A DNA stretch of 64,000 bases from Spizellomyces punctatus DAOM BR117 (lineage: Eukaryota): assembly GCA_000182565.2 (NCBI GenBank), contig KQ257456.1. The stretch is one strand, 5' to 3'. The position numbers were made by a program, and so were the translations under genes. The notes beneath the pieces are model-generated. The model was not told where the DNA came from and did not search any database. It saw only the letters and a list, made by a program, of their open reading frames with translations. Below, in pieces: positions 15,610 through 28,100 of this stretch (within the stretch, counting starts at the first letter, position 1; each line of letters opens with the position of its first letter).

Positions 15610-18600
15610 CTAGTCCACAATATAAACACCTTCATGAGATGTAACCATCTCCCGACGCTCTGTATCATCAACAAGAATCGGTCCATTCGACGACCCCTGC
15701 ACCTCGATAATTTCTCCCTTCTGATCCCGCTCGTCCGCTTCCACAACCATGACATCGGAATCCGAATCCACAAACTCCATATCCGTTTCTCTTGTTTCCT
15801 TCTCTGACCGGTCAATCTCATCATCGTCGTCGGACGTGACATCGTCCTGGGTATACCTTGCTTCTCGGAGCTGTTTCAACGTCATCGTCATGGGTAGTAC
15901 CTTGTACTTGACAGAGCGGTTGGACCGTGGTGAGGATCGAAGGGAGCTTTTGGGAGTTCGTGCGGCAGGAGTGCGTGATTTATTATTCTCCACTGCAGGG
16001 ACGCTGTTCGGTAGGGTTATGATCGGAAGAGGAGTATGAACGGGCCCAGATGGATCAACGATGGCCTCTGCTGATGATGGTGGTTGATGATGGGTTCCCT
16101 CCGGTGATTTGGTCGAAAAAGCTTGGTCTCGCGTAGTATGAACAGGCGAAGACGGCTCCTCCACCTTTGGAGTCACTTTGGGTATTATGACATGAGCCAT
16201 CGCTTTCTTCCCCTTTTTGACAACTTTGGCGGGCGGTACGGAGGCGGCATCCGCTTTCTCCCGGATTTCATCAATAAGTATTCGATATAGATCCTATTCA
16301 CCAGGCGTCAGAATGAGCACCAAGGGACTACTCTTCCACTACCAAGAAAATCATACCTGATCGATGCGTATTACTTCTTTCCTTTGTCTCGTAGTCTGTG
16401 GGGGGGGGGGGGGGGGGGCCGTTTAGATCCTATCCAGTGAACCTTAAACACATAATCTCCGCACCATTAAGCCCATAAAAAATTTGATGTCCACACTTTC
16501 GACATTGGATGACAGAACATGCGCTGGAAGGAACTTTCGGTAGATTCGTTCCTCTTCCCACTCATCTAACTGGCTAGGGAGTAGTGCCAGTACTTTGGCA
16601 TGAGCCTGAGAGGGCCAAGTATGAGTATACAATGGTTTCTTGACACGTAGCAGAGTGTTGAACTATACCGGTAGTAGTTGGGCCGAATCAAGGCCCGGTT
16701 CGGGGGAAATGAGAATGCGATCGGCCTTGATTTCCTCTTCAACATCTCCAAAATCCACAATGTACTTGTCCAAAGCCTGTCTTGAAACGATTCTTCCTAA
16801 AAATGCAAGTCCGCGGATGGTCAGCGGTTTGCTGGAGGTCAATCACGGAAAAGACTATCGGGCACCTTCGTAAAACACGTTATTCTCGGGCCTAACGAAA
16901 GAGACAACTCTTAACTATTTGTCAAGCGAACTGATAAAGGAAACCGTGCGTACCACTGCGCGACAACACGTTGACCTGGCGCGAGCCCGAAAAACTATAC
17001 ACAATCCAATAGTGAGAAAACGATTCCCCGGAATTCTGAGCAGCTGTCATTCTACCTTTTTAATCAATTCCTGCATGGCCATACCCGACGACTGTTGCGA
17101 TCGCCGAACTTTGGCATGACATTCGGTACATACGCTGTTTTCAACCAGCCCTTCACACTCCCGACAAAAGGAAATCGTCTCCGACAATCGCCGCTGAAAC
17201 AACTTTTCAAAACTGTCTGCAATTTGTGGGTATCCAGTTTCTGGTGCGTTGAATTTCCGGCAATTGATAAAGACCAATAAAACGTCCTTGACGAAATCTT
17301 GTATTTTCGTATAGCAGTTGTCGTCCAGCTTCGCCCCAATGGTCCCAAAGTCCATGGGTTGATCAACAAAATCAAGATACTGAGGAAATCGTTCCAGATC
17401 GACTGGTTCTGCAAAAACATCTGATCCGTTGGCTCGCAGTAAGTCTGCTAAAACCGCACCACAGAGCCTTTGTACAACTGTATCCGTTTTATGCCGAAAT
17501 ATCATTTTTGCCCGTTTAACCGGAGTCACAGTACTCGCTACAGAGCTCGCTCGTCCTCGCTTCAAGGATTGATCGCTTCTGGTAGGAGAAACTGTGGCCG
17601 GACGCGTTGTGGAACGATAAAGATCCTCCGGACCATCTGTGGCAAAGGTTCCGTTCTCCAACGCGACCGGCAAGGAGTCGTTCAAGCCGTGCAATCGACC
17701 TGCCCCAGCATCATGTCGTGAAGAAGACCCTTGAACTAGAGTGTGCACTAGTGATTGATGGTGCTCGTGGTCATGCGACGAGCTTCGTCCTCTAGTATTG
17801 GACATTGATTCCTTTATCGAATTCGGGCCATTTGACCGTGTAGAAGATTTTGACACATCGCTAGCAATGTCCATTAGCCCGTCAGCAATGCTTGCACTAT
17901 TTGTCAATGGTGTGATGACGTCGCGTATTAGCTGAAGACGATTACGGAGATCCCGGATTTTGGGGTTGATTTGCATTGACGTGGGTTCGAATAGAGATCG
18001 CACTGCGACGGCAAGATCCTCGAGGGCACTGTCCACATGGGCCGCATCCAGTCGATCTTCCTCAGCCGCATTTTCCATGCGAAAGATTTTGCCCAAGCTT
18101 TGAATTGAGTCTTCTAGCTCAGCTTGTTTGGCGGAAACACGTTGAAGAAGGGTATTGATCCTTTGTAGATTTTCGCCAAGTGGTTTGACTATGTCATTCA
18201 TCATATTTTCGACAACCTTCCAATCCCGATACGCGCTTCGAATCGTCGACCACGTTTCTTGCCCGTAGTCGAGAAGGAGTTCTTCACCCTTTGCTATGTC
18301 ACTTCTGGCCATGACAAAGATATGCGGCCTACGAGAAATGTTAAGGGGCAACGTTACAGAGCATATTTAGCCCACAGAACGCACCAGTTGAACAGGATAA
18401 CTTCTACAAGTTTGACATTTGGCTGTCCTTCTCCATCTCCAAGCCCCCGCAGGTTGAATGGATCCAAACGGAAATCGTTCAGCTCTGTCGTCCACTGCTT
18501 ATCATGTTTAAATTCATCACTAAATCTTTCATGGATGCAGATGGAAGACCGACCTTGTAGTAACCTGTTGTTTCTTCGCCCTTGACAATTAGCGGACACT

Positions 18601-19100
18601 TGAAGGTCCCTTTCTCCGACGCGTTCATTGGGAATTCTTTGACGTCGTTTGGGTTCAGCTGGTATTCGACATCGGCTACTGATGCGTATTCAACGGTGTT
18701 CCTTTCGTTCTGTAACCGATTTAGCACATTGACACTGTATAACTGTCGGTTAATCGTCAGACGTATGGACATGGAATGGTTAACACTCAACACCACTTTT
18801 GAATACAGACCTGCTCCGCTTCGAACATGGTTTTCCCTTCAAAGACGCCGATAACTTGATTTCTCTTTATGTCCATATCGGCAATAACCTAGAATGATTG
18901 ATGTGGGTTGAGGGCATTTGCATTATATATACACTTGCATGCGAATCATGAACGAACCTTCTTATGGCCTCGTAACTCCTGGCGGGGATCATCTTCAGAT
19001 ACTGGAATGATCGAGCAACATGGTTCAATTGGGAAAGGATCTGGTGATTCCTCCATTCCCGGTTTGAATTTTTCATAATCGTCGATCTGATACACATGCG
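15610..19100 (-). CDS. Multi-exon chromatin protein: SET domain, coiled coil, bromodomain, C4 motif, tandem Tudor-like domains, acidic tail; 5' exons upstream of 19100 not resolved
   Basis: Spliced SET pieces DPRQELRGHKK|VIADMDIKRNQVIGVFEG, ELNDFR...PNVKL and PHIFVMARSDIAKGEELLLDYG. Bromodomain FAEPVD...YLDFVDQPMDFGTI...VFINCRKFN. Tudor-like PGQRVVAQWPENNVFYEGRIV...YIVDFGD. Confidence 0.75.
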
Positions 19101-20239
19101 CTACAAAAAGCTATTATTGGTGCAGGCATTTTCAGTCCAGTCCAAAAATTCTGCCTTTTTCGGTATTCCGTATATCATATTCAGTAACTTTGGGCACACC
19201 TTAATGATAGTCGACCATGAATGCACCTGTGCAATCTCTGTGAGATGGTGTAAAGCGAAGCATTCGCACAGCTCTTCGGAAAGAACCAACCGCAACGGTC
19301 TTCGCGCCAGAGATTACATTGCATGATGCTCGATTGCTGGAGACTCCATGAAGCTGATAGCATTGGATTTCTGGGCCTTTCCACCGTCGCTGGACATGCC
19401 GGATGAGCAACTGAATTTCTTCCAGAAAAATGAAATCGTACCATTTGCTCTTGCTTGGCAAGATGCGCCAATGGAGACAAGTTTGGACGGACAAAGCCAT
19501 CGTGGCCTCTCTTCCCTGTCCGCCCATCCATGGCCGTGCGGTCTGGCGATCACCCATTTACACAAGCGGACGTTCATTAGTCTCGCTGCTCAAGCCGGAT
19601 GGAACAGGCATCATAGGCTGCATTGCATTCAATCATGGTTTGTCATACTGCTGAAAATGAATCTGCGATTGGTGGACAGAAAGTTAAATAGAGTTGCCCT
19701 TGGAAAGGAGGTCAGGGTTAATGTTGTTTTCCACGTTGTCTATTCATCTGCGCTTTGGGTTTGGGGGATTTTTGCTTGGATGGCTTGGAGCAAACTTCCA
19801 GCGGTAAACGAGGAGGTGGACGCACTCGTCCGAAAATGACTTTTGGGTCGGACATTACGCGCGAAATGTAATTAACGCGTTCGAGAACTCCGACCCACTC
19901 CACATCTTTCTCCTGGGCGGTTACCCCTTTCTGCTCAAAGTAATAATGCATTTCTCCCTGTAACGCATGACCATCGTAAGTCGGAGTTGAGACAATGAAA
20001 CGACGTCTTGTTTGGAGGTACTTGTAATGGAAGGTTTCCAGACCAATATTTGAAGGGATATATGAAGAAGCTTCGATTGCGGGGGCCTATCTTCCCTGAA
20101 GATATTAAAAGGCCCGCATCTCGTCAGCTCCCCTGCTCTCTTCGCACATCCTAGCGCTATATCTATAAAAACGCTCGCATATATTTTAGAAAAGACTTGC
20201 ACCCCGCGACCCTGACCTCTCGTCTATTTCAAGCCCACA

Positions 20240-22026
20240 ATGGCTACCGCATGGTTACCTACCGCATTTTTATCGGCTGCCGTCCCCGACGGAAAATGGG
20301 ACCTGCAATCTGATGAAGTCTACTGCGATATTCCATCCAGTGACGTGCTTCGCGTAACTGAGCCCGTAGACCTCCTCTACTATCACGACACAGCTTCAAC
20401 CTCATGCTCTTCTCCAGCCGGCGATTACGCGGACCTAGCATATCCTCTCACGCCCGCGAACGAGTGCCATTTTGGGTACGCGGATGTACCACTTCACGGC
20501 CTCTGCACACATCCCCGACAGCTCGAAGCGGTTCGCTGCCCATGTGCATGCTGCGCGTACACGCCACCTGACTACATGTACTGTGCTTCCGTTTCGTCTG
20601 TATCCGATGTATCCGCCAGCTCGCCCGTGGCCCGCGCGCAAATATCAGTGCATCCATTCACTGGCTTTCCTTCCCGATCGCCGTCTATCAATGCAGATGC
20701 GTTCAGCTCCTCACCATACAGCAGCCAGGAGTCTGTTTGCCCAAGTCCAATCTCACCGCAAAGTCCTGTAGCCACTGTACCCACCATCGATGAAAAGCCG
20801 TTTTGCATAAAGCGATCTTCTTCCGACGAAGGTTCTTTTCCGATAAATCCGGTACTCTCCATAATTGAGGAAAAGTCAGCCGCGACAGTTTCACCATCAA
20901 GCATCTTTGGTGCCCCACCCACACCTACTACGGCAGAACCCTCAGAAAACATGAATGTCTTTGACCGCTTCATTGATGAATCAAAATGGACAACGACGGA
21001 GACTGGCGGTCTTCTCGGCAAAATTGATCTGTTTGGAGATTTGTTACCCATTCCTGCCAAGGTCTGTGGAATCCTGAATGCTACAGACGCATCCATTGAC
21101 GACGGCATCAAAAGCAATGTGAGCGACAGCCGACTCGAACACCACCTTGCTGACAACGAAGTAAATGACATGGACGAAAGCGATACATCTGACGCTGAGG
21201 AGCTCATCACACAAACGCTGGTATTCGACCATTCACAAACTGTACCTTCTTTAATCGCTGCTTGCAGCAGCGACGACGAAAAGGTTGGCATCTAAGATGG
21301 AATACTTCATTACATCACATCTTTCTAACTTGTTCATTCGTTGTAGGAAATGTGCAATGAACAAGTACCAGTTACCTCTCGTCGACCTGGAAGGCCGCAT
21401 CTGTCAGTCGTGACCAGTGATATGAAGCCGATCAAGAAGCGATCCAGGTCCCCTTCCGCTGATTACTTGGAAGAGATTGAAACGCCAGCTGTGCGACGTA
21501 GCCGCATGGCTGTCTTCACTTATGAGGAAATGTCCTCAGAAGAAGGAGAATACTCTAGCCCCGAAGACGCATTTGCAAATTTCAACGATGGTACCGATGC
21601 GGTCAAGAATCTGACTAGCACTATTGCCTGGAGAAAGAATTCGGCTGGGAGATACATTTGTCCTCACCGCGGATGCTCCAAAACCTTTGAGCGCAAATTC
21701 AACGGAAGCACCCACTATGCAACTCATTTCGACGTGCGAATGCATGCATGTCCAGTTTGCTGCAAAACAGTAAGTATCCTATTTGGAAGATGTTACCTTA
21801 ACGTATACGGTGCTGACATGATCCCGTATCTCCGCAGTTTACTCGTTCTTATGACCTTAAGAGGCACCAAAAACTTCATAAAAGCAGCAAAAGCAAGAGC
21901 CATTCCCCTTCCAAAGCCTCCGAAGCGACCCACTCCTCCACAAAATGCCCAAACAACAAGAAGCGCACATTGCCTGCGAACAGCACCCCCACGCACAAGC
22001 GAAAGAGATCGCGGACAGCGAAATAA
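20240..22026 (+). CDS. C2H2 zinc-finger transcription factor (2 fingers), 3 exons
   Basis: YICPHRGCSKTFERKFNGSTHYATH and HACPVCCKT|FTRSYDLKRHQKLH across a GTAAGT intron (~21770-21837). Ser/acidic N-terminal region. Stop at 22024-22026. Confidence 0.85.
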
Positions 22027-22505
22027 ACATGTTTATGGTTTGAGATTTTGGAGCGTAAATAAAACGGTGTACAAAGCAGAAGGGCGGTTTTTTGTTGAGA
22101 ATAATTTATCGATACCCGATTAGCGATTAGGCTTGTCTTTCTTAGCACATAGTTTTTTGTTGTCTTTATTCCCGCCTGTAAGAATGCCTTAGATGTAGTT
22201 TAGGTGTACTTAAAGTTCTTAATGTATTTATTTATTATCATGTCGTAAAGCGGGCTATACGCAGAGAGTCTTCTGGTGCTTGCCAATGGTTGGCATATCT
22301 TTATTCATTATGGCTCCATAATCCTCATAATAAACACCGGATGCACATTGCGATCAAATAGGAGATTAGTGAAAACCAAGTACAAAAAAAAAAAGGCACG
22401 GTGCCAAAACGTAGACGGAGTCAGGGGCAATGCTACGTACACATGCCGCCAAGAGTGTAGGCAGCAACAATATCTCAAAAAAAAACTTCGTTTGCAGTAT
22501 TCCAA

Positions 22506-22590
22506 CGCACCCTGTGAGATTCGAACTCACAACACGGCTTTCGAGACTGAACTTTTGGCCCAACCTCTTAACCGCTTCCGACAAAGGTGC
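22506..22590 (-). ncRNA. tRNA-Ser-like degenerate element (solo member of the tRNA-like repeat family)
   Basis: Minus strand reads GCACCTTTGTCGGAAGCGGTTAAG...GTGAGTTCGAATCTCACAGGGTGCG: acceptor stem, A/B boxes and long variable region. Flanked by the same linker sequence as the arrays at 32 kb and 52 kb. Confidence 0.75.
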
Positions 22591-23177
22591 TACACAAAAT
22601 CCTCCGGTGAGCATATATATAGATTTTTTCCAGTATAAACACTCGGACAAGCAGTACCTATACACAGAAGAAAAATAGCGATATGGGGAATTCATGTTTT
22701 AATAGTAACACACATGTATCGCTCATGAGTCTACATACACTCAACAAGAGATTGTATATCATGTTCAAAATACCATGGGGAGAATACCCAGGGTCAACGT
22801 TTCGCCAGGGAGTGTAGGCAGGGTGATAGTATGAACACTGCCTACAGTACACAGCTGCATCTCACATCTGGAGATTACGAAACGCGACTCCCTGTTTGGC
22901 GGCTGGCGGCGACAACTCCCTTGCCAATTCAACGGGCCCAACACATAAGGCAACTTTTTCATCTCCTCACGGCTCTCAAGTTCTATTGCACTTTACCATC
23001 TTTGCATTCCCCATGTTTACTATGAGATTCTAATTCACAAGACTGCGACAGTTGCAATATCAAGTTAAGGAACAAAGTGCTGTCCGATACCAGTTGCAAG
23101 TGATCTGGACCCTGCCATTGGCAGTGCTTCTTACCTTGCGTCTGTGGCTTCTTGCTGACACTGCCTTTGCGCTTGCG

Positions 23178-24879
23178 ATGCAAGACCCCTGGGCCAACTT
23201 GAACTTCCTATCTGAAAACGAGTCTTCTTCAACAACCATGAGGGGATCCATTGCTCCTGCTGCCGATTACAATGGAGTTTGGGTGGCCAATAGTGACGAA
23301 GGGTTAGCGAGAGATGGACGTGGAAAACTGGGTGCTGGTCGAAAACCTGCGGATCGGGTAGAGAGCACAAGCTATGAGAGAGGCTGGAAACGAGGACGGA
23401 CTCCCAGTTTACTAGATGGACCGTTCCAACATGAGGAACCCATAGAAGGGTGGACAGACTTTGCACAAGCCCTTTCACCCGATCTTTCCTCTGAAGCATC
23501 CCGCACGAGTCGTTCTGAGAACGGAATTGAACTTACAAGCGGAGAGAGGGGATCCCTGGAACTACCTAGCTTGAGAACTGGTAGTGCAGCGGACCGAGTG
23601 CGGCAGGAAGCCATAGCAGCCATGGGCTCGTCCACTAGACCATTGCTTTCACTGGACGAAATCGACCAACTTGGATCTGTGGCCGATCTCACACGAAACG
23701 ACCACGTGCCATTACGACGATTGTCTTTGGCCAATGGCGAAGAGATAGATACATCTAGCACCACGATGCACAGAGTTTCTCCTAATGATACCCTTGCTGG
23801 CGTAGCGATTCTCTACCGTGTGAAGGTATGTGGATCTCCTTGAACACGAAATTGCCAACTGTCCTAACTTACTACCCCAGCTTTCAGAACTGAAACAAGC
23901 TAATCGGCTGTGGAACGATGATGATATAAAGCTACGAGAGTTTCTAATTATTCCAAGAAACAGAAGCCTAGGTAGGAAGATTTTGTAGCTGTATACTATT
24001 GGAGATTGCCTGAACGATCGTGGCAGGTTCCGCGACGGACTCCGCAGCGCCTTCCTTTGTTTCAAAGATCCCAATCTCCCCACCGTCCAAGATCCCTTCA
24101 GCTGGTGCGTCTACATCAAGTTCCGAAAGGAAACCATTTGGAAAGCGAAGCGTCTCGTCACCAAGTCTAGCCCCTGTAGCTGAAACGACAGAAGACTTAC
24201 TTCGTCAAATTGACTTGGATCTCGCATCTACATTAACAACCTTGGGCAACCAATCCTGGACAGCTGGCAAGTCGTCACATGCTGGTGTTCCATATGGATT
24301 TCCATCTGTATTGGAAGGAAATAACAGCGGGACAGCGTCAAATGGACAGAGTCCGAATAAAGTCAGGCGCGGACAAGTTGGAAGCCTGGAAGACGTTCTT
24401 GGTCTTGCGTATGGCCGGAGTAGATCAGACAGTGGTGGATCGATCTCAAACCCATTTCTTGCCATCGAGAATTGGAATGAATGGATCCTCAAGTGAGCTA
24501 TCATCGTCATTGCGTTATACCTCTAGGCTGTTCTCACAATTTTTCATCGAGCAGCAAGTTAAAATATGTGTCAAATGAAATAGCTAGTCCAAGTAGAGAG
24601 GAATATTCTCCGATTTCGACAGACGAGGACGAAGCGGAATCCACTCCTCAATCTTCCTTCTCTTCTCCTCGGTCTTCTGTCTCCTCCTGGACCGCTCGCA
24701 CATCTTGGGCACTGCCTTCGGGAATACGGCGACGAACAGCATCGGCCACATCCGAGATGCCCGTGGGTCCAAGGCGAGAACTATCCCAAACAAGTTTTGG
24801 TAATACACCTGACCTACTTGACTTTGGACAAGAACCTCGATTGGAAGGAGTACGGGCAAGTGGGCACACTTCCACGTAA
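23178..24879 (+). CDS. LysM-domain protein, intracellular-looking and largely low complexity, multi-exon; 3' structure uncertain
   Basis: HRVSPNDTLAGVAILYRVK|LSELKQANRLWNDDDIKLREFLIIP forms a LysM motif across an intron (~23827-23880). Confidence 0.7.
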
Positions 24880-25197
24880 ATATCTAGTTTTAGTATAGGG
24901 TTAAGAGACAGATAGTTGAAAACTGTGCCGCAATATCTCTATTAGAGGATTAATGGTGAACACAGCCACCTTGGTGTGGTTGCGCATTTTAGGCATAATT
25001 TCCATTAGCAACTTGAGGACTTTGTCTTGTACCGTTGCATATACACTAATCTATAATACGCCATACTGTCAAATATTGGTCAAGTGTACGAGTCGTGGGC
25101 TCATTTGTTTCATTGATTTGGTGAGGTTTGTGCGCTTCTTTGCTGCAAAAGTCTCTGGGAATTTATTGAAGCCAGGTCGTCCTCGTCACAGGTCAAT

Positions 25198-28100
25198 ATG
25201 GGCGGAGCACTCAATGACTTCGTCTCGAGTGAAAGAATCTATAAAGTTGCTGCAGCTGATCAGTTCAGCATCGAAATCTCTCCAGAAATGCCGATAAATA
25301 CGTTGGGGCCTCCAAGAGTTCAAACTGACCTTTTGCACTTGGGTTTCCGGCCCGATGAGCAAGATACACCCTATACACTATTACTGAATGACTCTCCATC
25401 GTTATATTTCGCTGCTATGGCGGAGAAATCTTCCAGCAACAGATATCAAGAACAGCATACTGTAGATAAGAACGATCCATTGGCGGCTAGCGATTCCTTT
25501 ATAGATTTTGCAAATATGTCGGACGCGGGAGTATCAGCAATATGGGAGCAGTCGTTTGAAGATGGGCAGAGATTGTTTGAAGAGTCATTATTGCCTGATG
25601 AGCAAGGTTACGACGAAGGGGTTAGTGTGGATGACAGCCTGCAGCCGTCTCTGTCCGTGGCGGACGTGCCAAATCTAGACGAGAGTCCAAGAGTGCCGAA
25701 AATTCGCATGGAAGGTATATACAAGCAGCATTGTTTACTATAATCAGTAAGCTCACGATAAGGTCATAAGAGCGGGTATCAACAGATCGCAGTAACGGGA
25801 AGACCCTGCAGTGCACAAAAGCTAGATTACTTTCAAATGAAAACCAAACGTCGAGCTCGTCAACATGTGCTAGTCAATCCACTCCTAAAGACAGTCCGAC
25901 GGTAACTGCTGAACAAAGAACAGCCCAAATCATCGAATCTCCGTCATCTGAAAACACCAGCAATCCTCCATTGTTGACATTCGCATCTGCTCTGGCATCT
26001 GTGCGCTCAACAACTTCCGCAACCTCGGACGCTGCACATCCTGTCACTCCGCAATCAAGAGGAAGTATGCCATCGAACCAGCCTGATGAATCTTCTTCTC
26101 CTTCGATAGCTACCAATCATTTCACGGCAATTAAAACCAGGAATGCCATGGATCAAATGGACAAGGCAGCTTTGATCGATAAGCAAGACAGGCCGTTGGA
26201 TTTTATGGGTGGGCCGTCGTCAAGCACAAATAACATACATGGCGAAGACGCACACGACAATGACGATTGTGTTACTGTTGATACGAGAATCAGAGCACAC
26301 AGTGCATACTCACTCGCTCGTCGAGCAAAGGAAATTACTTTGAAGCGTGCCCGTGTCAATATTGTGCACCAAGACGTATCGTCTGCAAACGCCGCTATGG
26401 AGGAACCAACATTCAAGCGACCCAGAGAGAAAGATGCGCTAGCGTCTATAAAGGCAGAGCACCAGTACGGGACAGGTGAAGTCTCCGAAACTCCATCAAG
26501 GATCACTCCCTCGTCACATACGATATTCCGACCTTACAGTGTATCCGAATCATCCTTTGGTGCAGATCGTACTGGAGATGGCCAATTTCCAGCTGGATTG
26601 GCCGGCCGCTTTCGAAATATCTCGCCGTCTCCATCTGAACTCACAGATAGCAGCGATATGTCGAGATTTTCGTCGAATTTTCGACCATGGCAAAAGGTCC
26701 CATCGTTTTCCCAAGCGAATCCAAAGAGCAGGCCCTTTCTGTCACATGGTGGAGATGACACTGCTTCCGAAATCTCATCTGTGGCCTCCTCGCGGCGTAA
26801 CCGAAACAATAAAACTCCTCATAATAAATCCTCAGAGAATCTCAAGAACGTGCCGCAAACAGTGAAACTAGAGAGACGAGTGCATTTCGACCATGATTCC
26901 GATGAGCACGGTAGTCTGATGTTGGATGACAAGGTAAGAAGTATTGTGGGTAGATGTATCCAATAATTTGATGTAATGTAGTATTTGTTTAGGTTGTAAT
27001 GGCCGTGACCTACAAGAATGGCAAGATCGGTGCTGCTTATTATAGTGTAATGGATTCCAAACTTTATCTAATGGAGGACATGGAGGAGGATATTTCCTTT
27101 GAGATTACGAGGCTATGTAGGTCCCCTCGGGTAAAACTGGTGTGTCATCGAGAGTGTTTGATATTCCTTCTCCACCTCAGTACGATATCAGGTGCAACCA
27201 TCGGTTATCGTCACTAACGCACGGGCCGATGACGCTTTTCTGGAAGTGCTAACTGCACAAGGTATGAACAACCTTGTTTAGTGACTCTGTTGTGATATTG
27301 ATCGCAAGAATGTGTTTGCAAAACCAAAAAGATGGCGCTTTGCCACCGTGCGAGCTAGAAATACGGCCGTCTACGGACTTTGTTTATCAAACGGCAAAAA
27401 ACAAACTTTGTTCCATCCAGATTCCAGCAGCGGGGCAGCATCTCGATGATCGTACGTCGACTCCGCGTAGCGAGGATCACGAGAGTTTCACCAGAAAAAG
27501 AGTTGAAATGTTCCTTTTCCTCGAAAGTATTGTCTCGCTGGACAGCGTCGAAATGGTGTGTTGTGGGTCAAAACGATGAATGTGATCTGTTTCCTGATGT
27601 AGATGGATGGGTAGGTCGGATGCGCTGGCGCATTGCTCAATTACATCACCAAGGCAAGGTTGACGGGCTCCCTAGAGGCGGATGCGGAAATTGAACTCCT
27701 GAGCGTCGAGCAGTTCAGCCTGTAAGACTGTTAGGGTTTCATTTTTGTCGCATATCAAGTTGATATTGGCTCATGACCGACGGTAGCAATCAATATATGC
27801 ATGTAAATGCGGATACCCTTTGGTAAGACGTCGGCTTTGAGGTTACTTGGAATCCCAAACTGATCCCTTTCAAGCTCGTTGCAAATATTTCAAAACGAAG
27901 CACATCCCAGTATGCACTGCAAAAAGGGCAAAGAAGGGTTTTCTTTATTTGGTACGTGGGAAGGCATATCTCGATAAACAGCTCTGTATCTGATTGAATA
28001 CCCAAACGAACATAGGGATTATGGATACTACAAAGACGCCCATGGGTCGAGCTCTTTTAAGACAGTGGTTCCTCCGTCCGTCTATGAGCCTTGATGTAAT

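Noticed and set aside
16399-16418. G20 run, (TG)n at ~3297-3312 and a 33-bp duplication at ~44595-44661
   Set aside because: Ordinary simple repeats; the G run lies in an intron.
16513-16524. 12-nt match (CAGAACATGCGC) between the trailer at 51649 and the SET-bromodomain gene as a guide target
   Set aside because: A 12-mer match among nine trailers over both strands of 64 kb is expected roughly once by chance, and it does not extend.
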